Source of the DNA: Octopus sinensis | Taxonomy: Eukaryota | Length of the DNA stretch: 64,000 bases | NCBI RefSeq assembly: GCF_006345805.1 | Contig: NC_043004.1 | Span: 3,472,001 to 3,536,000 of the forward strand | Direction: 5' to 3' | Shown here: piece after piece, positions 24,340-36,340 of the stretch | Numbering within the stretch: position 1 is the stretch's first letter | Layout of the letters: each line of letters starts with the position of its first letter | Position numbers and translations under genes: made by a program | The notes under the pieces: generated by a model | The model's input: the letters and a program-made list of their open reading frames with translations, nothing else | Database searches by the model: none | What the model was told of the DNA's origin: nothing

Positions 24340-24670
24340 GGCGGCGAGCTGGCAGAAACATTAGCATACGGGACGAAATGCTTAGCGGTATTTCGCCTGC
24401 CGTTACGTTCCGAGTTCAAATTCTGCCGAGGTCGACTTTGCCTTTCATCCTTTTGTGGTCGATTAAATAAGTACCAGTTACGCACTGGGATCGATATAAC
24501 CGACTTAATCCGTTTGTCTATCCTTGTTTGTCCTCTCTGTGTTTAGCCCCTTGTGGGTAGTAAAGAAATAGGTATTTCGTCTGTCTTTACGTTCTGAGTT
24601 CAAATTCCGCTGAGGTCAACTTTGCCTTTCATCCTTTCGGGGTGGACTAAATAAGTACCAGTTACGTACC
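24340..24670 (+). mobile_element. SINE family A dimer (head + 184-bp unit + partial unit)
   Basis: GGTATTTCG at 24387 and 24571. Junction AAAGAAATA|GGTATTTCG. Confidence 0.9.
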
Positions 24671-24679
24671 AACCAGGAC

Positions 24680-27000
24680 GTAATAAAACTGAGTTGTGTT
24701 TCAATATCTGAAGAGAAATGATAGGAGATGGCAGCCGTGATTATAATGATGCAGACAAATTAGCCGATGTACGAAGAGACATCATGTGTAATAACCGTCA
24801 AACACCAGCAGAATTAGAGGCAATAAAAATAATTCCACTACCACGTCAGAAAGTCAAGCTGAAGCGCAATAATGAAGAGGAAAACATTCAATCTGTTGAT
24901 AGAGACATCCTTGAACATGAGGTTGACGCAGATAACTTAGAACCTGAAGTAGTAGGTGGCCAAACTGAAAGTAAAGTAACAGAAAGTAGGAACGAACCTG
25001 AAGCCACAACGGCGGACACATTTGCTGAAGTGAATGGAGAAAAAATACTTGAGACAAAAAACGATATCCTGAGAGAACTGAGCATTTCTAAACATCTAGA
25101 AATGAATGAGAGGGATCATCTGCTTTAGAACACCAAATCAAATCACTGTACGATTAAACTATATGACTATGCCCTGAAGCAGCTTCTCCTTGAAACTGGG
25201 ACGGATTTAACCTCCTTAAACCATCTTTTATACTCAACAGTTATTGCTGCCACAAAGAAAATAGTCGTCAAAGAAAAAGGTTCACAAAAAAGTAAACGAA
25301 TGCGCAAGGTGGAAAGGGTGCATAAATAAGGAAATAGAGATCTTCCGAGGAGAATTATCGATCTTAGACGAACTCTCCAAAAGAAATAATGTAAAGACAA
25401 AAATGTCTAGAAAGATGAAGTGAAAATACAATCTGATAAACGTGAATAAAGTACTGAGATCAAAAGAGATGGTGAAGCAAAAAATGCAGATTAAGGCTCA
25501 ACGCTTACGCAAGTACGAAAAGAGGAACAAATTTCACAAACAAAATAAGGTATTTAAAACTGATGCTAAGAAATTCTGCAGAGAGTTAGAGAAACAGTCG
25601 ATCGAAGTAAAAGACCCGCCTGATATGAAAGAAGTAGTGACATTTTGGAAAAGCATATGGAGCGATAGAAATAAATTCAACAAGTTGAATGAACAGAGAG
25701 TGAAGAAGGAAGAATGGCTAAGATTGAAGAACAAGGATGGAAGAATATTACAATGCAAGAACTATCCAAAGTTCATATGTGGGAGTCTCCTGCACATGAT
25801 GAAATCACAAACGTCTGGCTTAATAGCCTCTCATCATCACACCGTCAGTTAATGGAATGTTCCCCTAACATCATCAGAAACCCCGAAAAGACTCCAAGAT
25901 GGCTTTCATTAGGGGTAACATACCCACTCCCTAAAGCGAACGACACAAAAAAAACCCAAAATAACTACAGGCCGATCACTTGTTTGACTAAAATGTACAA
26001 TCACTTACATCCATCCTCACCGAAAGGATGCACCAATTTCTCGATGCAAACAACATCCCTGAACAAAAAAGGGTGCAAAAGAAACTCATACAGACGCAAA
26101 GACCATCTATTAATAAACCATTGATACTCGAAAATTCCTTATCCAAAAGATGAAATCTTAGCACAGCATGGATTGACTATCGTAGGGTATTTGACAGTGG
26201 CAATCTGGCAGAAACGTTCGCACGCCGGGTGAAATGCTTAGCGGTATTTCGTCTACCGTTACGTTCTGGGTTCAAATTGCGCCGAGGTCTACTTTGCCTT
26301 TCATCCTTTCGAGGTCGATTAAATAAGTACCAGTTACGCACTGGGGTCGATGTAATCGACTTAATCCCTTTGTCTGTCCTTGTTTGTCCTCTCTGTGTTT
26401 AGCCCCTTGTGGGTAGTAAAGAAATCGGTATTTGACAGGGCCCCACATAGCTGGAATTTAAAGACACCAGATATATACAAGATCTCTTCTTTCGTGACTG
26501 TGGCGGTAAAAATGCATTGGAATGTTAACCGACTGTATGGATTCTAAGAGACAGAAAAAAGTTATGAAAAAAGATAAGCTGTGATGGGGAATAATAATTA
26601 TGAAGTTTTTACATTTTCCCCATGAAGACTGGTCATGCAATTGACGCAAAGCGACCAGATTATGATTAGAGAGGACAAAAGAAACAAACAGTATAAAGTC
26701 ATAGCCATACCATATGATAACAGAGTAGATATCAAAGAGATTGAGGAAACTGTGTCTATCAGGATCTCGCAAGATATATTAAGAGATTGCGGAAGACGAA
26801 GGTGACAAATGTTCCCGTCGCAATGGATGCACATGGCAAAACACTCAAAAGGCTGTCTATGAGGCTGAAGAATGTTAGAATTGAGATGCACATTGTCCAC
26901 CGGCAGAAAAGTGCCTTCGTGTATTTTACAAGAGTCCTAAGACTTGTTACCAAACTTCAGGATAACATCCCTGGTTATTAAATCAACATATAACAGTTTA
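24680..27000 (+). mobile_element. Decayed R4/Dong-like non-LTR retrotransposon
   Basis: QRLRKYEKRNKFHKQNKVFKTDAKKFCREL, NYRPITCL, KGCKR, AWIDYRRVFD..PHSW, and a C-terminal RLE (IAIPYDNRVD.KE...QKSA). Many stops and frameshifts. Confidence 0.75.
26198..26426 (+). mobile_element. SINE family A monomer with Tx1-like tail and 12-bp TSD
   Basis: GGTATTTGACAG at 26186-26197 and 26427-26438. Confidence 0.9.
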
Positions 27001-27569
27001 AATTATAACTCCATGTTTTTTTGAGAGGATTTTTTTATCTGAGTTATGTTTTAAATAGAAGGATATAATGTGAAATTTCTTTCTTTTCTCTGGCTTGGAT
27101 TAAATACAGATGGTGTGAAGTTACATTGCGCACGATACCAAGACTATAATCTGGTCTCCATGGATCTAATCGCGGTCTCGGTTTCAACACACTGAAAGTT
27201 TATTTTGCTTTATAAAGTTTCACTACAATATTTGCTTGTTCTCAAATTATCATCAGAACAAACGTTGGTAGGCGTGTGATATAGCGCGGATTGAACTAAC
27301 GCCGGTATTTTAATTTACTTGTATTATACACCTTCTATATTATATTTTACATTGTGAAGGGAGAACAGAAAAAATAATATCTTACGCAACTGTAGATGTA
27401 AAGAGGAATGTAGATTTAACAACAACTGCGTAATAAAGAATGTAGTTTAAAAATGTGAGGTGAAGGCAGGTATGCAGAAATATACGTGCATTGGTAGCAT
27501 CAGAAACACCATGAAACACCTGTTAAGGCATTGTTTTATTACATTATGTTATATCAGTTCCTGGCAACA

Positions 27570-27795
27570 CATTGTGTTCTTGAGCAAGACACTTTATTTC
27601 ACGATTCCCCAGTCCACTCAGCTGGAAAAAATGAGTCGTACCTGTGTTTCACAAGGCCAGCTTTGTCACACTCTGTGTCATGCTGAATCTTCCTGAGAAC
27701 CACGTTAAGAGTACACGTGACTGTGGAGTACTCAGCCACTTGCACGTAATTTCACGAGCAAGCTCTTCCGTTGATCGTATCAGCTGAGACCCTTA
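27570..27795 (+). mobile_element. SINE family D fragment
   Basis: GTGTTCTTGAGCAAGACACTTTATTTCAC... is shared with 53090-53365 (+) and 56505-56720 (-). Confidence 0.7.
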
Positions 27796-27838
27796 TATAT
27801 CAGCTTCTTATATTTTACATTATAATGCCACACATAGA

Positions 27839-28715
27839 GGCGGCGAGCTGGCAGAATCGTTATTACGCCGGGCGAAATGCTTAGTATTTTGTCTACCCCT
27901 ACGTTCTGAATTCAAATTCCCCTGGGGTCGAATTTACATTTCATCCCTTCGGGGTCGATAAATTAAGTACCAGTTGCGTACTAAGGTCGATCTAATCGAC
28001 TGATTCCCTCCACCAAAATTCCCCCGGTGTCTACTTTGCCTTGTATCCTTTCAGGGTCAATTAAACAAATACCAGTGACGCACTGGGGCCGATGTAATTG
28101 ACTTAATCCCTAATTTCAGGCCTTGTGCTTCCGGTAGAAAGGATTATGATACCATACATTACATTATATTGGCTTCAAATTTCGGCACAAAGCGAAGAAT
28201 GCCGCCGAGGTCGACTTTGCCTTTCATCCTTTCGGGGTCGATTAAATAAGTACCAGTTACGCACTGGGATCGATGTAATCGACTTAATCCCTTTGTCTGT
28301 CCTTGTTCGTTCTCTCTGTGTTTAGCCCCCTGTGGGTAGTAAAGAAATAGGTATTTCGTCTGCCGCTATGTTCTGAGTTCAAATTCCGCCGAGGTCAACT
28401 TTGCCTTTCATCCTTTCGGGGTCGATAAATTAAGTACCAGTTACGCACTGGGGTCGATATAATCGACTTACTCCGTTTGTCTGTCCTTGTTTGTCCCCTC
28501 TGTGTGTAGCCCCTTGTGGGCAGTAAAGAAATAAGAAACGTTAGCACGCTGGGCGAAATGCTTAGCGTTCTCAGTTCAAATTCCGCTGAGGTCGACTTTG
28601 CCTTTCATCCTTTCGGGATCGATAAATTAAATACCAGTTGCGTACTAGGGGCGATCTAATCGACTGGTCACCACTCCCCTAAAATTTCGGGCCTTGTGCC
28701 CCAAAGTAGAAAAGA
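27839..28715 (+). mobile_element. Cluster of SINE family A copies, including tandem units 28200-28349 and 28350-28533
   Basis: Repeated CTTTGCCTTTCATCCTTTCGGGGTCGAT core. Tails end AAAGAAATA at 28349 and 28533. Confidence 0.85.
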
Positions 28716-29169
28716 AAACAAATAATTACGCTATAGTTGTCATAATTGTAGAACTGTTGATAAATCCATTAAAGGGGGTCTGTCATTAAGGTTTAGTTGA
28801 GACAAAATTCGTTAATTTCTTTCAAAGAATTAGGAAGACGTATTTAATTTTGGGACATTCGATCTTTTTTTCCAAAAACTACTTGTGCTATATGTTAAAT
28901 GAAGTGAAATATTTACTAACTTGAATCGAAGTTAAATTTGCGGGGTGTATTTATAACTGAACAGCAAATTAACAAAATTTAAGAATACAAAAAAGGATGT
29001 GAGATATGGAAAGTGAATAGATTGCCAAAATCTATAGATTATGAGGAACTAAAAATATACTTTGAACTGGACATAGTGGAATACAGAGGTAAAGGCAAGT
29101 AAGTGATGTTACTTGGTGGGGCAAGTAACATCGTTTGCATTTCTCATTTTCATTATATCATACGTTTTG

Positions 29170-29330
29170 TGGAGGCACAATGGCCCAGTGGCTAGGGCAG
29201 CGGACTCGCGGTCGTAGGATCGCAGTTTCGATTCCCAGACCGGGCGTTGTGAGTGTTTATTGAGCGAAAACACTTAAAAGCTCCACGAGGCTCCGGCAGG
29301 GAGTGGTGGCGAACCCTGCTGTACTCTGTT
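29170..29330 (+). mobile_element. tRNA-derived SINE family C
   Basis: A box TGGCCCAGTGG, B box GTTTCGATTCC. Related copies at 50995-51240 (+) and 52700-53045 (-). Confidence 0.7.
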
Positions 29331-30589
29331 CTTTCATTGATATTTTTTCTATAATATTCGATAAAAAAAAGAGAAAACTTGATGCAGAATGAGAGCAGGG
29401 GTTGTTTCTTTTTTGTTTTGCTTCCATTTTGTTTTTTTCTTTTTGTTGTTTTTCTTTTTGTTCTTGGTTTGATGAATATCAAGGCAAAAACTATGAAACG
29501 CTAAAAATGTCACTCTGTCTTTCATCACATGAAATATCTTGTCTCTTTATTCGTTCAGAGTCGACTGGATTATCACACAACTATTTCTTTTAAAAGCCAA
29601 TCAAAGTCTGTCGTTTGTTGTTTAAGATTTAATCGCAGCAATAAATGCCGTCAAGTAGAACCAAAATCTTAATCAGTCTGTTCTATCAAGAACTTCACCT
29701 GAGCTGGAACAATTTATCACTGATGGCTGAATGGTTTTCACATAACTTTATCAGGTAATTCTGCTGTTGTGGTTGTTTAACCCTAGACTGACACCATCTG
29801 AACAGACTTATAATCAAAGATGTTCCAATAATGACCACCTCGCTGTACTCCAGCATATATTATACCTAGGACCATGACATCCAATGTGAAAAATAAAACC
29901 TTACCGGAATTTTATTCCTGTGAAAAGAACGTTTTAACGAGTGATTGCACGTTGCACAACTCCACCAATATTTCGTTTTATGTATATATAATTGATATCG
30001 ACTATATTATGTATGTATAATATATACATAACTTTTATATTAGATATATGTAATTTATATATTGTATATATGATATCAGCTATATTAACATAGGCACAGT
30101 TATTGTAAGATTTCAACTTCGCTTCCTAACAGCGTAGTTTCTCAACATACTCGTTGAAAACATCTTCAGCCGGTCATGTTGAAAACCAAATATTTGGGGA
30201 CCTCGTCCCTAGGTCTCCGGGCTACAAAGCATTTCATTTCCTGCAAACTGAAACTATTAAGGGACGAAGGACAGTAAAGGTGAACAGAAGTTGACAGAAG
30301 AGTGTCAGCTAGTTTCACGTTGTCGCTTTCGAAGTTGGATCCACCATTATTAAAGTTGGCTCACATTAATTAAAAACAACACTGACCAAAGTTTGGTTGG
30401 CCCTTAAAATTTCAAATGAATACGGTCATCCGAGTTCGGATGCCGAGGTGGAAATCCACCTCGGCATCCGAAACTCGGAGTTTTATCATGGCTACCGAAT
30501 AATTGTCTCATATTACATTTACAGATAAATTCCACTATTTACATAATATCGAGGTTTCTTTCTTTCTTTTGTTGTCTTACCATTTTTAT

Positions 30590-30622
<33 letters not shown>

Positions 30623-30627
<5 letters not shown>

Positions 30628-30812
30628 GTCCCTCGAGTATCGCGTATGTTACGTTCCAAAAAACCCTCGTGATATGTGAAAATCGGCGAAGTAGAAACAA
30701 TACTGTACTGTATATTTTTTTTTTTTTTTTCATAATTTGTATATATTTATTTTATTATAAATCCCAAACATCACGTAAGCTTGAATAATAAACTGCGATA
30801 GGTGAACCGCGA
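30623..30812 (+). mobile_element. Pogo/Tigger-like MITE fragment
   Basis: Starts TAGTAGTCCCTCGAGTATCGCG after (TA)n and ends GCGATAGGTGAACCGCGA, where SINE B interrupts it. Confidence 0.45.
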
Positions 30813-30815
30813 ATT

Positions 30816-31230
30816 GGCGTACGGGTGGCTGTGTGGTAAGAAGCTGTGTGCTTCCCAACCACATGGTTCTGGGTTTTAGTCCCACTGCATGGCACCTTGG
30901 ACAAGTGTTTTCTACTACAACCTCGGGTCCACTAAATCCTTGTGAGTGGATTTTGTAGATGGAAACTGAAAGAAGCCCGTCGTATATATATGTGTGTGTA
31001 TGTATGTAGGTAGGTAGGTAGGTATTTGTGTGCCTGTGTTTGCTCCTGCCACCATCGCTTCACAACCGATGTTGGTGTGTTTACGTTCACGTAACCTAGC
31101 AGTTCGGTAAAAGAGTCCGATAGAATAAGTACAAGGCTTACAAAGAATAAGTCTTGGGTTCGATTTCGTTCGATTGAAGGCGGTGCTCCAGCTTGGCCGC
31201 AGTCAAATCACTGAAACCAAGTAAAAGATT
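30816..31230 (+). mobile_element. SINE family B copy
   Basis: Colinear with 10863-11268. Confidence 0.85.
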
Positions 31231-32138
31231 AAAAATATATACATACATACATATACAAATATATATATGTATATGCATATATATGTATATATATATATAC
31301 ATACATACATATACGTGTGTGTGTGTATGTAACTAAGTATTTGAGTTTATCTTAGTGGACTACGAAAAGAAATATCATATATGAGAGAATTATAATTTTG
31401 GCCTTTCTTGTGTTGTTTAAATCAAAATACAGTTGATTTGAATATTTCTATTTAAGTGGCAAATAAAAGACAAAAATATGAAATGCCTACAGGACAGAAA
31501 TGAGATAAATAAAAAAAAAGCAACAATGTACAGTAAATAAATTACAGTGGGTGGGTGGGGACTAGAACCTCGCGCCGTTTCCGAATTGATATGTTCGAAA
31601 ATCATTGAGAATAGACACTTCTTTCATAAAGCAATGAATATAAATTAATGTGGAATCGAATCCGAATTCTACACTCGTAGAATATATTTGAGGTTTGCGT
31701 TCGCTTTCAGACCAAATGCGTGAGACTTTGGACATCCTTTCTCATACATTTATTTCTTTGCGAGAAATCGGTTCGTATTAAATATCTTAATACCAACAAC
31801 GTGATGCTTGTTTGGCGTGGTTCGAATCAAGGCTGCACTAATTTAATTCATAGTGGCAACAAGGTCTTCGATTTTACTTTATATGTTACACTGCAAATGT
31901 ATATAAAGTTTAATCATCCTTTATTCCTTTCAGCTATTAGACTGCGGCCATGCTGGGGCAGGGCCTTGAAGATTTTTTAGTCGAATGCATCGACCCCAGT
32001 ACTTATTTTTTTAAGCTTTGTACCGATTTTACCAGTTTTTACGCCGGAGTGCCATGTTGCAAATAAGGTAAACTCATCAACACACGCATACATACATACA
32101 TACATACATACATACATACATACATACATACATACATA

Positions 32139-32186
<48 letters not shown>

Positions 32187-33885
32187 TATTTGCATTTGTA
32201 TTTGTGTACCATTTCTCCGTTTTTTTCCGTCCTTGTTTTCGTATACATTCGCTGCTTTCTTCCAAGGAATCTAGTGCTCTTGGCTTAGTTTTTCCTTGGG
32301 GCTGGCCAGATTGGAGCAATCTCGAGCATAACCAGCCGAAATTGCAAAGATAACCTGGAACTCGACTGAGGATAGAAAACTCCGAATGACCCGTCCTTGT
32401 TTTCTTTGTATCGTCTGTCTGGATGTTTTGCGTTCTTGTCTCATTTTTGTATTATATATATAAACAAGTTAGAAATAATGGTAATTACATGTTTTTCCTT
32501 TATTGAAACAAATTTGGCTAACAGCTATTTCCAGTAGTCATTACTGATAGGTTTACTCAATTACTCTGTTGACCAGTTGAGTAAAATTGAACGATCTGAA
32601 AAGATTAAAGCTACCTTCGTCAGAGTCATTTCTGGTTATCTGGTTTGCGTTCGCTTTCAGACCAAATGCTGGACACTTGAACGTCCCCTTCTCATACATT
32701 TATTTCTTCGCAGGCAATCAATTCTTATTAACTATCTTAATATCAACAACGAGGTGCTTGTTTCACGTGGTTTCTTTTGCTGAAGCGCTAAGTTACGAGG
32801 ACGTAAAAACACCAACATCGGTTGTCAAGCGATGATGGGGGTACAGACACAGACACACATATATATATATACGACGGGCTTCTTTCAGTTTCCATCTACC
32901 AAATCTACCGACAAGGTCGGCTGGAAGCTATAGTTGAAGGCCCTAGCCCAAGGTACCACGTTCAGTGAGACTGAACCGGAACCATGTCCTTGGAGAGCAA
33001 GCCTCTTACCCCACATCCACGCCTATGCCTAAATGAATGCAAAAAAAAATTAAGTAAAAGATTCCATTTCATCCTTCAAAGGCTATCTGTAGAATTCTCT
33101 GTCTTGCAGGAGTAGGTTTATCATACAGTATCCAAGTCCTCTTTTTCTTTCAATAAAAGCTTCTCCTCCACCCCTACCCACCCCACGAGGCGAACAGATT
33201 CCACTTTTCAAGAAAACTACAAACTATACACTCACCAACAATATGGCTCGGGAGAACATCTTAAGGGAGTGCAGTACAGCCTAAGTACAAATACGGTAGG
33301 GACTTACCTATGTGAGTCGGAAAACTTAAATCAATTGAGATAAAGTATGTAATTAGCAGGTAAAAACGCCCTCCAGAGTTATGTCATATTTAAAAAGAAA
33401 AATCAAGTGAGACAATGCCATTAGAATCCATTGATCAAAATTTTTGGACAAAACTGAGATTGGGGTGGAATTTGATTTTAAAGATAACTAATGACAGCAA
33501 CAGAGATGTTTCTGTGTTTTACACCTCCTCGGCGAAGTATTGTGTGCTTAATTGTCAGTGATAAGTTCATGCATGCATGCATGCATGCATGCATACATAC
33601 ATACATACATACATACATACATACATACATACATACATAAATGCTTATATGTGTGTGTATATAATGACTGACTGCTAGCTCCAAAAGTTATTTTTATTCT
33701 CACTCTGTTTATTTCATCGTGTTCCTTTCTGTTGGAGAGCGTAGGCTCGAAATGTAAAAGACTTTCTCACTTCCCAAGCGTTAAATACATCTGTTTGTTG
33801 TTTATACACCTTTCTTTCTCTTTTCTTTTTCTGTAAATTTCAGTTATATATATCAGTTCTATATTTAAGAGATGGGGAATTATGT

Positions 33886-34085
33886 ACATTATTTACATTT
33901 GACGGATATTTGTCCTCATCTTGTTTGTTGTTAGCACAATGCTTCGACTGATATACCGTCCAGCCTTCATCAGGTGTCTTCGGGAAATTTCGAGCCTGGA
34001 AATTTCGAACCCACAGGTATATGGCGTAGTAGTTAAGAGTGCGAGCTACTAACCCCAAGATTCTGAGTTCGATTCCAAGCAGTGA

Positions 34086-34124
<39 letters not shown>

Positions 34125-34272
34125 CAACAACAACGAAAATTACCTTAGGAATGAGAACCCAGGTTCGAAATTTCCCCAAGACACCTCATGAAGGCTGGAG
34201 GGTATATCGTCTAAAACGTTGTGTTAACAACAAACAAGATGAGGACAAATATCCGTCAAATATAAATAATGT
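33886..34272. mobile_element. Inverted repeat (~115-bp arms with hammerhead-like motifs) around a tRNA-like head and (AAT)n(AAC)n
   Basis: Arms 33886-34000 and 34158-34272. TGGCGTAGTAG...GAGTTCGATTCC at 34022-34076. Confidence 0.7.
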
Positions 34273-34509
34273 AAATTATATACACTAAGTTAAGCACAGT
34301 TACTCGCCACACACCCAAACTCCACGCATACACACGAAAAAACACACGCGTACACACACACATACTACAAAAAAAACACACACACGATACATATACATAC
34401 ATGCACACACACATACCTCTTTGTTTTTGACCTGCGATTGGACCCACAACACCACTCCTTAATTCTTACTACTAGCCTGCTACCCAGTTGTTCGCCATAC
34501 ACACACACG

Positions 34510-34544
<35 letters not shown>

Positions 34545-34903
34545 CACACACACACACACGCACACACACGCGCGCACACTTGTCATCATCGCACACCTTC
34601 CTTACCATACTGTCTTTGATATAGCTCTCCTGTCTTTTAAAAACATTATTCTTCTAATTTTACCACTTCCGTCTTTTAGTATGTGACCTCGTCTGTATCA
34701 CTAGCGATTTTTTCCCCTGTCTTCCCTTCTCGGGATCTTTCCTTCTCCTATGTTTCCGACAAAGAGCTCCGCTCGAAACGTCAAACCCTCCTTCTTCCCT
34801 TCTTTCCTGAGCGTCCAATAATACTTTATTTGTTCCACGTCCTTGCGTTGTTTTTTTTTTTGCTTTTTTTGTTTTTGTTTTCTTGTTTGGATTAACTATA
34901 TAT

Positions 34904-34939
<36 letters not shown>

Positions 34940-35073
34940 GGATTGTTATATATGTCCATATACTATGGTATGGTTTCGTAACATTGTATGAGATACGGGA
35001 TAAAAATATCGTCTGTTTACGAAAACAATTGTGATGGCAATTTGACATCTCATTTCCTCATCTAAATTATTAC

Positions 35074-35132
<59 letters not shown>

Positions 35133-35239
35133 TGTGTGGAGGAACAGAAGGAATTTAGTTTTACTGATTATGAATGACAAAATGTCAAAGATAGGATCGA
35201 ATAAACTGGGGACAGTTTCCTGCACACAAATACCCTTTC

Positions 35240-35442
35240 CACTAAAGGCCAGAAATTTTGGAGGAGGGGATAAGTCGATTATAATTGACCCCAGTGTTTC
35301 ACTGGTACTTAATTTATCGATCCTGAAAGGGATGTAAGGTAAAATCGACCTCGACAAAATTTGAACTCAGGACGTAGCGTTGGGCGAAATACCGCTAAGC
35401 ATTTCGTCCGGCGGGCTAACGATTCGGCCAGCTCGCCGCCTT
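35240..35442 (-). mobile_element. SINE family A copy with the alternative (non-Tx1) 3' end
   Basis: Reverse complement of head and core, ending ...AAAATTTCTGGCCTT. Confidence 0.8.
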
Positions 35443-35449
35443 ACAAAAC

Positions 35450-36340
35450 ATAAATATAAATGACATACATTGATAATACAGTTACAGGAAACAAAATTCA
35501 AACAAACAGAGAATACTATTGAATTAGTTGACAAAATCTCGCTCTGTGACTGTTTGGACTTTACAAGCAAGGGAGATAACTCAGATAAGATCAGTTGATC
35601 GATTTGTTTTTGTATATTGCATGCCCACCTCAGCCATAATGTTTCAAGACATATGTCGCTCGTCTTTAAAGACCAAATCCATCCAGTTGACCTTATTGGA
35701 AGCATCAGTTCTACCATTTCTTCCAAATTTATCAAATACATGTGATTATAAAAGGGATCACGAATTCCATGTATTAAATCACATTCATCGATAGCTCGAA
35801 AGAAATTATATGATGTACAAGATATGATGCACTCCTATCTGCACAAAGCTAATTCTACACAAACTTAGTGTAAATCCTTTTGCCAAATTGAAAGGTATAT
35901 AATCAAAATAAATATCCCTTTCAATTTGGCAAAAGGATTTGCACAATAGTATCTGATAGAACAACTCGGGAACTTCGTCTTCAAGACTTCAAAACAGTGC
36001 TTACTGAAAGACAATATCCACCCTCACTGATAGACGAGGGAATTGAACGTGCCAAAAAATTAGACATAAAATACTAAGAACAACAAAACGTAACACCACA
36101 CCTCATCTCAAAACACTACTATTTATATCAACACACAACCCCAGAAAGAGTGAGGCGTTCAGCACTAGTGTGAAAACGCACAAACTTATCAAATGCAAAA
36201 AGCAATACAAATCGCTAAAGAGACTACTAACAAATGCGAAGCGTTACAAAACAATTACGAAACCAACGGTTAAAAAATATGGACGCCCAAACAGTGGAAC
36301 TTACTTGAAGGCTCGGATTTCCTTTTCAAACCGGGACAAA
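35450..36340 (+). mobile_element. Decayed Penelope-like element (RT thumb/linker region)
   Basis: Fragments NIPFNLAKR.CTIVSD, LLFISTHNP and KKQYKSLKRLLTNAK resemble Penelope-like elements. Confidence 0.55.

Noticed and set aside
29170-29245. tRNA genes (also 34020-34088 and the SINE A/B heads)
   Set aside because: A/B boxes are present but there is no convincing cloverleaf. They run into SINE bodies and are multi-copy and diverged.
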